A stretch of 53,607 bases of DNA. It comes from Candidatus Daviesbacteria bacterium RIFCSPHIGHO2_12_FULL_37_16. Its GTDB lineage: Bacteria > Patescibacteriota > Microgenomatia > Daviesbacterales > UBA10151. The translations under genes and the position numbers were made by a program. The DNA is taken from contig MFDF01000016.1 of the NCBI GenBank assembly GCA_001776785.1, positions 1-53,607 of the forward strand, given 5' to 3'. Below the pieces are notes generated by a model. It made no database searches. It was not told the DNA's origin and saw nothing but the letters and a program-made list of their open reading frames with translations. How positions within the stretch are numbered: position 1 is the first letter of the stretch; the number at the start of each line of letters is the position of its first letter. This document shows positions 37,618 through 46,181 of the stretch, piece by piece.

Positions 37618-38135
37618 TAAAAACTTTCTTTAACTTTATTAATATCACCTTTTTTTAGTGCGTCAAAGACTTTTTTTAGGGTGTCTATTATGACCGGGAC
37701 TTCACCATAATCAATTAGGATTGCAATCCAGGCAAGCCAGTGGGGCAGGATAGGAGCATTGGAAACATGGGCAAACTGTTCAATTACATATTCATCTGTA
37801 ATCCAGAAAATATGCAGAAATTGTGAGGCTAAAAGAATAATAAAGAGGACATTTTTAAATGAGTAACCTTTTTTCCTCAGTTCATTGACATAAATTAACC
37901 CTGTAGAGATTAAAGCAGGAATTTCTGTGTAATCTACAATTAAAATCAGGGTGTACCAGACTCCTGTTAAGTGAAAAAAACTTCTGCCAATAAGCTTAAA
38001 TAAAATTACATCTGTAAAGAGCCAGTATAAATGGATAAGCTGCAGGGTAAAAAGAACTGCGGCTATAGAAATATTTAAAGTGAGGTGTCTGTTATACCAG
38101 TTAAAAAATCTGTTAACTTGTGAATTTAGAGCCAT
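37617..38135 (-). CDS. Hypothetical membrane protein with internal duplication
   Basis: Two similar halves: QLIHLYWLFTDV...VDYTEIP and QFLHIFWITDEY...IDYGEVP. Confidence 0.8.
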   Translation of the reverse strand: MALNSQVNRFFNWYNRHLTLNISIAAVLFTLQLIHLYWLFTDVILFKLIGRSFFHLTGVWYTLILIVDYTEIPALISTGLIYVNELRKKGYSFKNVLFIILLASQFLHIFWITDEYVIEQFAHVSNAPILPHWLAWIAILIDYGEVPVIIDTLKKVFDALKKGDINKVKESF

Positions 38136-39046
38136 CTTCTTTTGTAAAAGATTATCAAAAGTATAACAGAAATTATGCCCAAAAAGGCAATAATATAGCT
38201 AAAGATATGGGGTGAGTGAGCGAAAGGAAGATCTACATTCATCCCATAGATGCTGGCAATCATAGTTGGGATGGTCAGGATAACTGTCAGAGAGGTAAAA
38301 AGTTTAATAACCCTGTTTAAGTTGTTGGTCATTATGGTTGAATAAGCTTCCCTAATGTTTACAATTGTCCTAAGATTTGTTTGTGAAATTTCAATAAGCT
38401 GGTTGTTTGCAAGTAAAATATCCTCTAAAAGGTCTTTGTCTTCCTCTTTTAATTTAATAAATTTTCCAGTAAGTATATTTTTTAAAATGTTGCTGGTTGG
38501 AATAAGAGAGGATAAAAAGTCATTTAAAACAGATTCAAATGATACAAATTGAATAATATCCCTGTTTTCCAGTTTTTCAAGCTGGATTGAGATACTTCTG
38601 ATTTTTTTGCTGATGTTATTTAAGTAAAGATTATAGGTTGAGTTAACCTGAAAGAGGATTTGGAAAAGAAGGTTAGTGGTTAGGGTAGTATGGAAGTCTA
38701 GTTTTGATTCTGTAAACTTTTTTATGAAAGGTAAATCAAGGGTGGAAATAGTCATAATAAAATCATCACTTCTGACTATTAAAACCGGGCAGGTTTGAAT
38801 TTGGCCGTCCTCAATATAGGCAAAGCGGGTAAAGACATATAACTTTTCATCTTCAACTTCCATACGGGGAACCTCAAAAATGTCTATGGCATCGTGTAAT
38901 AAGTCTTCCTCAAGATCATAGTTTTGGGCAAGCATTTCAATTTCTGAGCGTGATGGGTCTTCCACATAAATCCAGGAACCTTTTTTAAACTGGTCCAGAA
39001 TTTTTAAGGATTTGCCTTTTAGGTTGTTGTAGTAAATTTTAACCAT
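38126..39046 (-). CDS. corA: CorA family Mg2+ transporter
   Basis: YGMNVDLP signature after TM1; SD GGAGG. Confidence 0.93.
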   Translation of the reverse strand: MVKIYYNNLKGKSLKILDQFKKGSWIYVEDPSRSEIEMLAQNYDLEEDLLHDAIDIFEVPRMEVEDEKLYVFTRFAYIEDGQIQTCPVLIVRSDDFIMTISTLDLPFIKKFTESKLDFHTTLTTNLLFQILFQVNSTYNLYLNNISKKIRSISIQLEKLENRDIIQFVSFESVLNDFLSSLIPTSNILKNILTGKFIKLKEEDKDLLEDILLANNQLIEISQTNLRTIVNIREAYSTIMTNNLNRVIKLFTSLTVILTIPTMIASIYGMNVDLPFAHSPHIFSYIIAFLGIISVILLIIFYKRRWL

Positions 39047-39270
39047 GTTAAGCCTCCAATTTAATAAAAATAGGATTTAAGGTAAGGAGGTGAAAATATT
39101 ATACTCTACAAACCTATAGTTTGTAAATATGCATAATATATAGATAATTTTTAGTTAATTTCACCTGCTTAAGTTAATTTTGAACCTTTAAGGAAAGGAT
39201 TGCAACCCTGTAAATGAATTTTACTACTACTTACTAATTGAGCTTAAGTTTGGTAAAATATTGTGTGCTT

Positions 39271-39352
39271 GCTGGTGTGGTGGAATGGTATACACGTTGG
39301 ACTTAAAATCCAATGGTCTTAGACCTTGTGGGTTCGAGTCCCACCACCAGCA
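39271..39352 (+). tRNA. tRNA-Leu(TAA)
   Basis: GCTGGTG ... TTGGA-CTTAAAA-TCCAA, long variable arm, GTGGG TTCGAGT CCCAC CACCAGC A. Confidence 0.96.
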
Positions 39353-39379
39353 CACAACTGTTATAATCAGTTGGCACTG

Positions 39380-39420
39380 GGTAGGTGTCATAACCTGCCT
39401 GCTAGTAGGTAAGTCTACCT
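39380..39420. repeat. Degenerate ACCTGCCTGCCGGCAGGT-type palindrome between tRNAs
   Basis: ggtaggtgtcataacctgcctgctagtaggtaagtctacct. Confidence 0.5.
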
Positions 39421-39423
39421 TAA

Positions 39424-39495
39424 CGGGGTGTAGTTCATCGGCAGAACGCTTGGTTTGGGACCATGATGTAGGAGGTTCAATTCCTCTCACCCCGA
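39424..39495 (+). tRNA. tRNA-Pro(TGG)
   Basis: CGGGGTG ... CTTGG-TTTGGGA-CCATG ... GGAGG TTCAATT CCTCT CACCCCG A. Confidence 0.92.
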
Positions 39496-39501
39496 CATAA
39501 T

Positions 39502-40608
39502 TTAGGAAGCTACTGGAAGTTCAACTATAAAAGTTGAGCCTTTGCCCTCCCTGCTTTTGAGATGGACTTTTCCATTATGGGCTTTTACTATCTGGTTTGT
39601 AATATAAAGTCCAAGTCCTGAACCCTGGAATTGAGAAGAAGTTACTGCCCTTTCAAATTTTTCAAATATCTTTTTCTGAAGCTCAGCGGGAATGCCTATG
39701 CCCTGGTCTTTGACATGAATTTTGCCAGATTTATTAAAGTTTATTACCCTTACTTCTATTGGTTTTTTATCCCCATACTTAATAGCGTTTGTTAAAAGGT
39801 TAGTTATAACCTGTTCAATCCTTAGTTTGTCCCAGTTGCCTAAAATTTCCTTATCTGCTTCTAAGCTCAAAGTATAGCCTTCTTTCTCAAGTTTCTCTAC
39901 AAACCTGTTGACAACCTCCCTGACTGTTTTTGATAAATCAAAGTTCTCTTTTTCAAGCTCTAATTTACCTGTAGTGATTAATGAGACATTTAAAAGGTCA
40001 TTAATCATTTTGGATAACCTTTCAGTTTGGGTTTCAACTGATTCAAGCATTTTTAGAAGGTTTGCTACAGAAAAATTAGCCAATGAAACATTTTTAATAT
40101 TGTGAAGAGCTGATTGGATTTGCAGGAGCATTGAGGTAAGCGGGGTTTTTAGTTCATGTGAAGCCATGGATAAAAATTCATCCCTTAGTTTAATTTCACT
40201 TTGGGCAGAAGTAAGGTCTTCTTGGATCTTTATAAGTTTTTTTGATAAATTTTCTGCTTTAGTTTTGTAGTTTTGAAGCAATTCTGAGTGGTAACCTTGT
40301 GTTATAAATACTGTTACTGCAATGCACTCAAGAATATAAAAAGTAAGATTTAAAACTTGCGGTATTTCAAGAGAGGTAAAGTTAGGCACAATAAACAAAT
40401 AGTTCATGCCTAGTGAAGTTAAAGTAGTTGCTAGAATTCCACCTTTAAGGCCTCCGAAGTAGCTGCTTACAGCCACAGAGGGTAAAAGGAGAAGATATAA
40501 ATTAAAGGGCTGGGCAAAAAGGTTTAGAGAGTAGATTAAAATTAAGGGAGATAAACTGAAAAATAATGGGAGAATATACCAATAAAAATATTTTTTATAT
40601 TTTTGCAT
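39502..40608 (-). CDS. Membrane sensor histidine kinase (DUF4118-like sensor)
   Basis: SHELKTPLT, NLLTNAIKY, DQGIGI, GSGLGL; no adjacent response regulator. Confidence 0.93.
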   Translation of the reverse strand: MQKYKKYFYWYILPLFFSLSPLILIYSLNLFAQPFNLYLLLLPSVAVSSYFGGLKGGILATTLTSLGMNYLFIVPNFTSLEIPQVLNLTFYILECIAVTVFITQGYHSELLQNYKTKAENLSKKLIKIQEDLTSAQSEIKLRDEFLSMASHELKTPLTSMLLQIQSALHNIKNVSLANFSVANLLKMLESVETQTERLSKMINDLLNVSLITTGKLELEKENFDLSKTVREVVNRFVEKLEKEGYTLSLEADKEILGNWDKLRIEQVITNLLTNAIKYGDKKPIEVRVINFNKSGKIHVKDQGIGIPAELQKKIFEKFERAVTSSQFQGSGLGLYITNQIVKAHNGKVHLKSREGKGSTFIVELPVAS

Positions 40609-40664
40609 ATAATTTTATTGGAGGAATTATTATACAAGATTTTATGCAAAAAGCCAAGTTTTAA

Positions 40665-40697
40665 ATCCCGGGAAGGTTTATTATAACCACCCGGGAT
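40665..40697 (-). terminator. Hairpin downstream of the RRM gene
   Basis: ATCCCGGG-AA-GGTT...AACC-A-CCCGGGAT. Confidence 0.6.
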
Positions 40698-40710
40698 AGA
40701 AAACTTTTAA

Positions 40711-40965
40711 TTAATTCTCCCTTGGTCTAGCTTCGTTAACAACAATATTTCTACCATCCATATCTGCACCATTCATTTCCTGTATAGCTTTGTCTCCATC
40801 TGCATCATTGGCAAATTCAACAAAACCAAAACCTCTAGATCTACCTGTTTGTCTGTCTTTTAAAACTGTTGCCTGAATTATTTCTCCATATTTGGAAAAT
40901 GCTTCACGAAGTCCTGAGTCATCAACTCCCCAAGGAAGGGAACCAACAAATAATTTCTTTGAAAT
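40711..40965 (-). CDS. RRM RNA-binding protein (probable ATT start)
   Basis: LFVGSL (RNP2), RGFGFVEF (RNP1), VNEARPRE; SD-like GGCGGTGA 5 nt before ATT. Confidence 0.92.
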   Translation of the reverse strand: MSKKLFVGSLPWGVDDSGLREAFSKYGEIIQATVLKDRQTGRSRGFGFVEFANDADGDKAIQEMNGADMDGRNIVVNEARPREN

Positions 40966-41097
40966 AGTAATCACCGCCTATCTAGTTGCTAGAGTAATTG
41001 GCCTAGGAACTAGATAAACTATCTAACTCTGTACAACATTACTTACTTAAACTATGTATATAGTATCTTAGTTTGAGGCTAAATGCAAGACAGGTTG

Positions 41098-41130
41098 AAA
41101 TAGCGCAGAAATCACGCAATAAATAGCGCA
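41098..41130 (+). promoter_or_regulatory. Three direct repeats AAATMRCGCA upstream of the nth -10 box
   Basis: 41098-41107, 41109-41118, 41121-41130; TATAAT at 41134-41139. Confidence 0.7.
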
Positions 41131-41146
41131 TGATATAATTTTGCAA

Positions 41147-41770
41147 ATGACAAAAGAAGAAAAAGTTAAAGATATTCTTAAAAGGCTTAGGAAGATTTGG
41201 CCAAAGCCCAGGACTGCTTTGGAGTACAAAACCCCTTTAGAACTTTTGGTGGCAACAATTCTTTCTGCACAGGCAACTGATAAGCTTGTGAATACTTACA
41301 CCCCAGAGTTATTTAAAAAGTTTAAAACTGCGAAGGATTATGTTAATTCTGCCCCTTCAGAAATAGATAAATACATCTCTAAGATTAATTTCCATCAAAA
41401 TAAAGCCAAATCTATTCATGGTGCAGCAGTGATGATTGTTGAGAAATTTAAGGGAAAAGTCCCAGACAATATGGAGGATTTAGATAGTTTACCAGGTGTT
41501 GCCAGGAAGACTGCTAATGTGGTTTTGGGTAATGCATTCAAAATTGCTGAGGGGATTGTGGTTGATACCCATGTGATGAGGCTTTCTACAAATTTGGGAT
41601 TAACTGATAAAAAAGATCCAGAGAAAATAGAGAAGGATCTCATGGAAATAGTACCTAAAGAGGATTGGATAGACTTTTCCCATTTATTAATTAATGTAGG
41701 AAGAGAATACTATCCTGCGAGGATTAAAGATTTAAACACAGGACCTTTGCAAGGACTATTCATTAAATAG
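41147..41770 (+). CDS. nth: Endonuclease III lacking Fe-S cysteines
   Basis: LLVATILSAQATD, HhH LPGVARKTANVVL, VDTHV; no Cys in the protein. Confidence 0.93.
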   Translation: MTKEEKVKDILKRLRKIWPKPRTALEYKTPLELLVATILSAQATDKLVNTYTPELFKKFKTAKDYVNSAPSEIDKYISKINFHQNKAKSIHGAAVMIVEKFKGKVPDNMEDLDSLPGVARKTANVVLGNAFKIAEGIVVDTHVMRLSTNLGLTDKKDPEKIEKDLMEIVPKEDWIDFSHLLINVGREYYPARIKDLNTGPLQGLFIK

Positions 41771-41797
41771 CGCATGAAGCGCGCAAAGGATTGCGCA
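41764..41797 (+). repeat. Second GCGCA triplet array between nth and fic
   Basis: TAAATAGCGCATGA identical to 41120-41133; GCGCA ends at 41774, 41785, 41797. Confidence 0.7.
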
Positions 41798-41801
41798 ACA
41801 A

Positions 41802-42860
41802 TCACTCTTTTACCACATAGTATGTGCTTGGGCCACGGCCTTTGGGCTCAATCAGGTCTTTATCAACTAAATTTTTGAGCTTTAGCTGGGCAGTTCTTTT
41901 GGCTACTTTTATGGTGTCTACTACCTCATCAGAAGTTATTTTAAATTTGCCTGAGAGCATATCCAGGATTTTTATTTCATCAGTATCTAAATAAGTCTGC
42001 TCTTTTGGACTGTCTTTTAAATTAAACCCCAGGGAATTTATGACATCCCTGGCTTTCCTGGCTTCAACCAGGAATCCTGCAATAAAGTATTCAAGCCAAT
42101 CTGTAAAATCTGCACCCGGGGCATATTGAGTTTCCCAGTTATAAGCTAGCGCATTATAATAATCCTGCCTGTTTTTATTGTAAAACTCTTCTAAAACTAT
42201 GACTTTCCTAAAGTCCCAATCATCTGAATATAAAAGATAAGTGGTTAGAAGCCTTGTAACCCTACCATTTCCATCAGAGAAAGGATGGATATGGACAAAC
42301 TGGGAATGGAAAAGGCCAGCTTTTAAAACAGGGTGAAGATTATCTTTTTCTGCATGTTTTAACCATTCTAAAAGCTCTTTTATTAGTTTTGGGACATCTT
42401 TAGCATCAGGCCCTTTGAATCTCAATTTTTCTTTGCCTCCGCCCATTTCATCAATAATGTAGATATCAGCAGGTCTGAAACCACCTGTTTTTTCTTTTTC
42501 TAAAAGCCCTTTCATGGTTATTGCATGAATTTTTAGAATTAAATCTAAAGTTAATTTTTCTTTTCTTTCTGCCAATTTTTCTACCTCTTTTACAGCTTCC
42601 TGATAATTTTTGACCTCCATTATAGATTTGTCATCAGCTGCTACTGACATGCCAGATAAAACCCTGTCTACCTGGTATTCTGCAAGTTTATTTCCTTCAA
42701 TAGATGTTGAAGTATGCACCATTCTTATTAAGGCCTGGCGTTTTAAGTGGAGTTCATTTAGGGGTAAGACTCTTGATCGTTCAACTATAACTTTAGTTTC
42801 TGTAATCTCAGAAATTGCTGAGAGTACATCAGGGGATATAGTAAAACTTGGTTTGAACAT
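41802..42860 (-). CDS. Fic family protein with C-terminal winged HTH
   Basis: HPFSDGNGRVTR, N-terminal STSIEGN inhibitory motif, C-terminal RTAQLKLKNLV...G.GPSTYY. Confidence 0.95.
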   Translation of the reverse strand: MFKPSFTISPDVLSAISEITETKVIVERSRVLPLNELHLKRQALIRMVHTSTSIEGNKLAEYQVDRVLSGMSVAADDKSIMEVKNYQEAVKEVEKLAERKEKLTLDLILKIHAITMKGLLEKEKTGGFRPADIYIIDEMGGGKEKLRFKGPDAKDVPKLIKELLEWLKHAEKDNLHPVLKAGLFHSQFVHIHPFSDGNGRVTRLLTTYLLYSDDWDFRKVIVLEEFYNKNRQDYYNALAYNWETQYAPGADFTDWLEYFIAGFLVEARKARDVINSLGFNLKDSPKEQTYLDTDEIKILDMLSGKFKITSDEVVDTIKVAKRTAQLKLKNLVDKDLIEPKGRGPSTYYVVKE

Positions 42861-42880
42861 AGGTTAATTATAACACAATT

Positions 42881-42913
42881 TGCGTGATTTATTGCGCGAT
42901 TTTTACGCTTTTT
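42881..42913 (-). promoter_or_regulatory. Three direct repeats AAATCRCGCA upstream of the fic -10 box
   Basis: Minus strand AAAAAGCGTA, AAATCGCGCA, AAATCACGCA, then TATAAT at 42872-42867. Confidence 0.7.
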
Positions 42914-42957
42914 ATCTATTGCTTTTTACTGGTCTTATTTAATATATTAGAGATCTT

Positions 42958-43422
42958 ATGGCTGATCAAGATCTGGTAATTGAAGGTGAGACAGTAGAAG
43001 AGTCTCCTGGAACTGACAACTCATCATCCCAAATCCTTCTTAATATGGAGGGTTTGATAAAAAACCATATTACAACTATTGATAAACTGTCCGAGGAATT
43101 AAAAAAGCACAAAGAGATGCTTGATGATATCTTTTCAAATGATAAAACTTACCAGGAGCATTTAGAAAAAGCTAAAGAGGCAAGCAAGATTAAACAGGTA
43201 ACCAGGCAACAAATTCTAAGGCAGCCCCAGGCAGGAGAATTGGATAAAAAAGTAAAAGAGATGAAAGCCCAAATTAAGGAAAACCAACAGTCTCTCTCAG
43301 ATTATTTACAGGAGTATGCCAGAATGTCAGGTGTTTCTGAAATTGAAGGGGACGATGGGGAGGTCAGGGAAATTGTTTATAGTGCAAAGCTTAGAAAAAA
43401 ATCCTCCATTTTTGCGCGCTGA
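42958..43422 (+). CDS. Coiled-coil hypothetical protein
   Basis: 154-aa helical ORF ending LSDYLQEYARMSG..EIEGDDGEVREIVY. Confidence 0.85.
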   Translation: MADQDLVIEGETVEESPGTDNSSSQILLNMEGLIKNHITTIDKLSEELKKHKEMLDDIFSNDKTYQEHLEKAKEASKIKQVTRQQILRQPQAGELDKKVKEMKAQIKENQQSLSDYLQEYARMSGVSEIEGDDGEVREIVYSAKLRKKSSIFAR

Positions 43423-43467
43423 TTGACACAAATATTAAAATCTGCCACCATAAAGCTATAGTCTGCC

Positions 43468-44118
43468 ATGGATACTGATAAGGATAGTCCTCTAAACCAC
43501 AGCCTGCCTACCTCTGAGAGAAGAAGACAGTTTTTTAAATCTTTTGAGGCAAAATCTTTAAGATCCCGATCACTTTTAACCCAAATTGCTGATGATTTAA
43601 CAGAAATCTGCGGTTCAACAGCTTTTTTAGTTTTCCATGTAATCTTTTTTACAGCCTGGATTTTAGTTAATACTGATGTAATAGCGGGGACTATTGCATT
43701 TGACCCTTTTCCATTTGGCCTTTTGACCATGGTTGTTTCGCTTGAGGCTATATTTTTAGCCATTTTTATTTTGGTTTCCCAAAACAGGTCAGCTTTAGTG
43801 AACACTTTAAGGGAAGAGGTGCATTTAAGAGTGAACTTAATAGCTGAAGAAGAGATTACAAAAATATTGGATGTGCTGGCTGAGATGAGAAAGGAGATGG
43901 GGATTAAGACAAAAGATAAGGAATTAGAAGAAATGCTTAACAGGATTGATACAAATTATATAGAAAGGTCAATACTTGAACAGATAGACAGGGCCAGACC
44001 ATCATTGGCAAAGAAACTTAAAGAGGAATTTCCATATTTAATAAGTTACCCTATTAGGAAGCCTATTGAGGTATTTACCAGTGCTGTGTCTACTGAAGCT
44101 GCGCCTGCAAAAAAGTAA
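43468..44118 (+). CDS. DUF1003 membrane protein
   Basis: FDPFPFGLLTMVVSLEAIFLAIFILVSQNR. Confidence 0.92.
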   Translation: MDTDKDSPLNHSLPTSERRRQFFKSFEAKSLRSRSLLTQIADDLTEICGSTAFLVFHVIFFTAWILVNTDVIAGTIAFDPFPFGLLTMVVSLEAIFLAIFILVSQNRSALVNTLREEVHLRVNLIAEEEITKILDVLAEMRKEMGIKTKDKELEEMLNRIDTNYIERSILEQIDRARPSLAKKLKEEFPYLISYPIRKPIEVFTSAVSTEAAPAKK

Positions 44119-44139
44119 GATTAGTCATATAATACCCAG

Positions 44140-44460
44140 ATGGAAGATTTAACTAAGAAAAAATGTGTGCCCTGTGATACAGGGGAAGGCAAGCTGGAAC
44201 AGAACAAAGTTAAAGAGTATTTAAAGGCTGTACATGAATGGTTTTTAATTGGGGATACTATTGTAAGGGAATATAAATTTAAGGATTTTAAGGAAGCCAT
44301 GAGTTTTATAAATAGAGTTGCAGATTTAGCAGAAGAGGAAGGGCATCACCCTGATATTTTTGTTTCTTACAACAAAGTTAAACTAACGCTGATGACCCAT
44401 GCAGCTGGAGGACTGACTGAAAATGATTTCATCATGGCTGCTAAAATAAACAACTTCTAA
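44140..44460 (+). CDS. Pterin-4a-carbinolamine dehydratase family
   Basis: AEEEGHHPDI, THAAGGLTENDFIMAAKI. Confidence 0.93.
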   Translation: MEDLTKKKCVPCDTGEGKLEQNKVKEYLKAVHEWFLIGDTIVREYKFKDFKEAMSFINRVADLAEEEGHHPDIFVSYNKVKLTLMTHAAGGLTENDFIMAAKINNF

Positions 44461-44475
44461 ATATTGTATCCAATT

Positions 44476-45423
44476 ATGCTGATAGATGAAGTAAATATTA
44501 TTTTAAAAGGAGGGCATGGAGGAGCTGGTAAGGTTTCATTTTATCCAGGGGAAAAATCAGGGCCAAGCGGAGGAAATGGAGGCAAAGGAGGGGACTTATA
44601 TATTGAAGCCACAACAGATTTAACAGTCCTAAATCAATTTAGCAGAAAGAGATTAGTATCTGCGGAGAATGGAATGCCAGGGGGTTTAAGCAGAAAAATA
44701 GGGAAGGATGGCAGAGATATTGTAGTTTTTATGCCTGTTGGGACTGTTCTGATTGAAAAAAATACTGGTGAGGTTATAACAATTGATAAAGGCGGGCAAA
44801 AAATATTGGTTTGTAAGGGAGGGCTTGGTGGTTGGGGAAATTATGAATTTAAATCCTCCAGAAATACTACCCCTGAGTATGCCCAAAGTGGGCTTGATGG
44901 TGAAGAAAAACATTTTCAGGCTTCATTAAAGTTGCTGGCTGACTTTGGGTTAATAGGCCTTCCAAATGCAGGCAAAAGCAGTTTATTAAATGAACTCACC
45001 TCAACTTCTGTAAAGACTGCTGATTATCCTTTTACTACATTGGAGCCAAATCTGGGGGTATTAAATAGAAAAATAATTGCTGATATTCCAGGACTGATTG
45101 AAGGTGCCTCAGATGGCAGGGGATTGGGGGTTAAATTTTTAAAGCATATTGAAAAGACTTCTGTGCTTCTTCACTGTATAGCTGCAGATTCACCGAATTT
45201 AGAAGAAGATTATAAAGTTGTAGTAAATGAACTTGAATCTTTTAGTAACGAACTTATTAAGAAACCTCAAATTATTCTTTTAACTAAATCAGATTTAGTA
45301 GACAAAAAACAATTAAATGAAAGGATTAAAAGGTTAAAAAAGTTTAAACATAAAATTTATCCTGTTTCTATCCACGACTGGGACAGTTTAGAAGAATTAA
45401 AAAAGGCTTTAACAACTTCTTAA
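44476..45423 (+). CDS. obgE: GTPase ObgE/CgtA (no C-terminal domain)
   Basis: Gly-rich Obg domain, GLPNAGKS, YPFTTLEP, DIPG, TKSD; start ATG 44476. Confidence 0.95.
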   Translation: MLIDEVNIILKGGHGGAGKVSFYPGEKSGPSGGNGGKGGDLYIEATTDLTVLNQFSRKRLVSAENGMPGGLSRKIGKDGRDIVVFMPVGTVLIEKNTGEVITIDKGGQKILVCKGGLGGWGNYEFKSSRNTTPEYAQSGLDGEEKHFQASLKLLADFGLIGLPNAGKSSLLNELTSTSVKTADYPFTTLEPNLGVLNRKIIADIPGLIEGASDGRGLGVKFLKHIEKTSVLLHCIAADSPNLEEDYKVVVNELESFSNELIKKPQIILLTKSDLVDKKQLNERIKRLKKFKHKIYPVSIHDWDSLEELKKALTTS

Positions 45424-45443
45424 TCACTGTATAATTAGTTTAA

Positions 45444-46181
45444 GTGAAAAAATTTCTGCCTGTTGCTATCCTGGTTCTTATTATACTTTCTGCAGTTTAT
45501 TTAAACAGGTCTTATGCATATTTTTTTGACTATATTGGAAGTCATTTTGTGGGAAATCAAAATTATATAAGGAAAAGTGAGGTTGGAAAAGGAGCTCATG
45601 AAATTAAACTTATAACTTTGGGGGACAGTTTGCTGGCAGGGACATGTACTTCAGATTCTTCTAGTGTACTGGCACATCTTATTGCTCAAAGCTTTGTAGG
45701 GGGTGATAAAAAAGTCAGTCTTCTAAATTTGGCAGTTCCAGGAGCAGGAGTTAAGGATGTTTTAGAAGAACAGGTACCTGAGACATTAGAGCAAAATCCA
45801 GATTTTATAGTTTTAATGATTGGGGTAAATGATGTCCATGATTTAAAAATGGCAAGCTATTTTAGGGAATATTATGCCCAAATTTTAAAACAGCTCAGTC
45901 AGACTAAAGCGCAGGTGACCTTAATAAATATTCCATATTTAGGGTCAGATTTGGTATTATTCCCTCCCTGGGATATAAATATTGAGGCTAATACAGATAA
46001 TTTTAATCATATAATTGATTCGCTGGCTAAGGAAAAAAATCTTAAGGTTGTAAATTTACATGACAAATTTAAAAATGAGTTTAAAAAGAAATCAAGTCTT
46101 TATTGTTCTGACCAGTTTCACCCATCAGATAAGGGCTATAAAGCCTGGGCAGATTATATAAATGCAAATATCACCAGATAA
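45444..46181 (+). CDS. Membrane-anchored SGNH/GDSL hydrolase
   Basis: GDSL, IGVND, DQFHPS. Confidence 0.9.
   Translation: MKKFLPVAILVLIILSAVYLNRSYAYFFDYIGSHFVGNQNYIRKSEVGKGAHEIKLITLGDSLLAGTCTSDSSSVLAHLIAQSFVGGDKKVSLLNLAVPGAGVKDVLEEQVPETLEQNPDFIVLMIGVNDVHDLKMASYFREYYAQILKQLSQTKAQVTLINIPYLGSDLVLFPPWDINIEANTDNFNHIIDSLAKEKNLKVVNLHDKFKNEFKKKSSLYCSDQFHPSDKGYKAWADYINANITR

Noticed and set aside
39047-39240. M-box (ykoK) riboswitch upstream of corA
   Set aside because: I could not find the conserved M-box sequence blocks; kept only as an unnamed leader
39227-39500. ORFs 39227-39490(-) and 39261-39500(+)
   Set aside because: Translations of tRNA-Leu and tRNA-Pro
44476-45423. obgE as a truncated pseudogene
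   Set aside because: Obg and G domains are complete; the C-terminal domain is variable across bacteria
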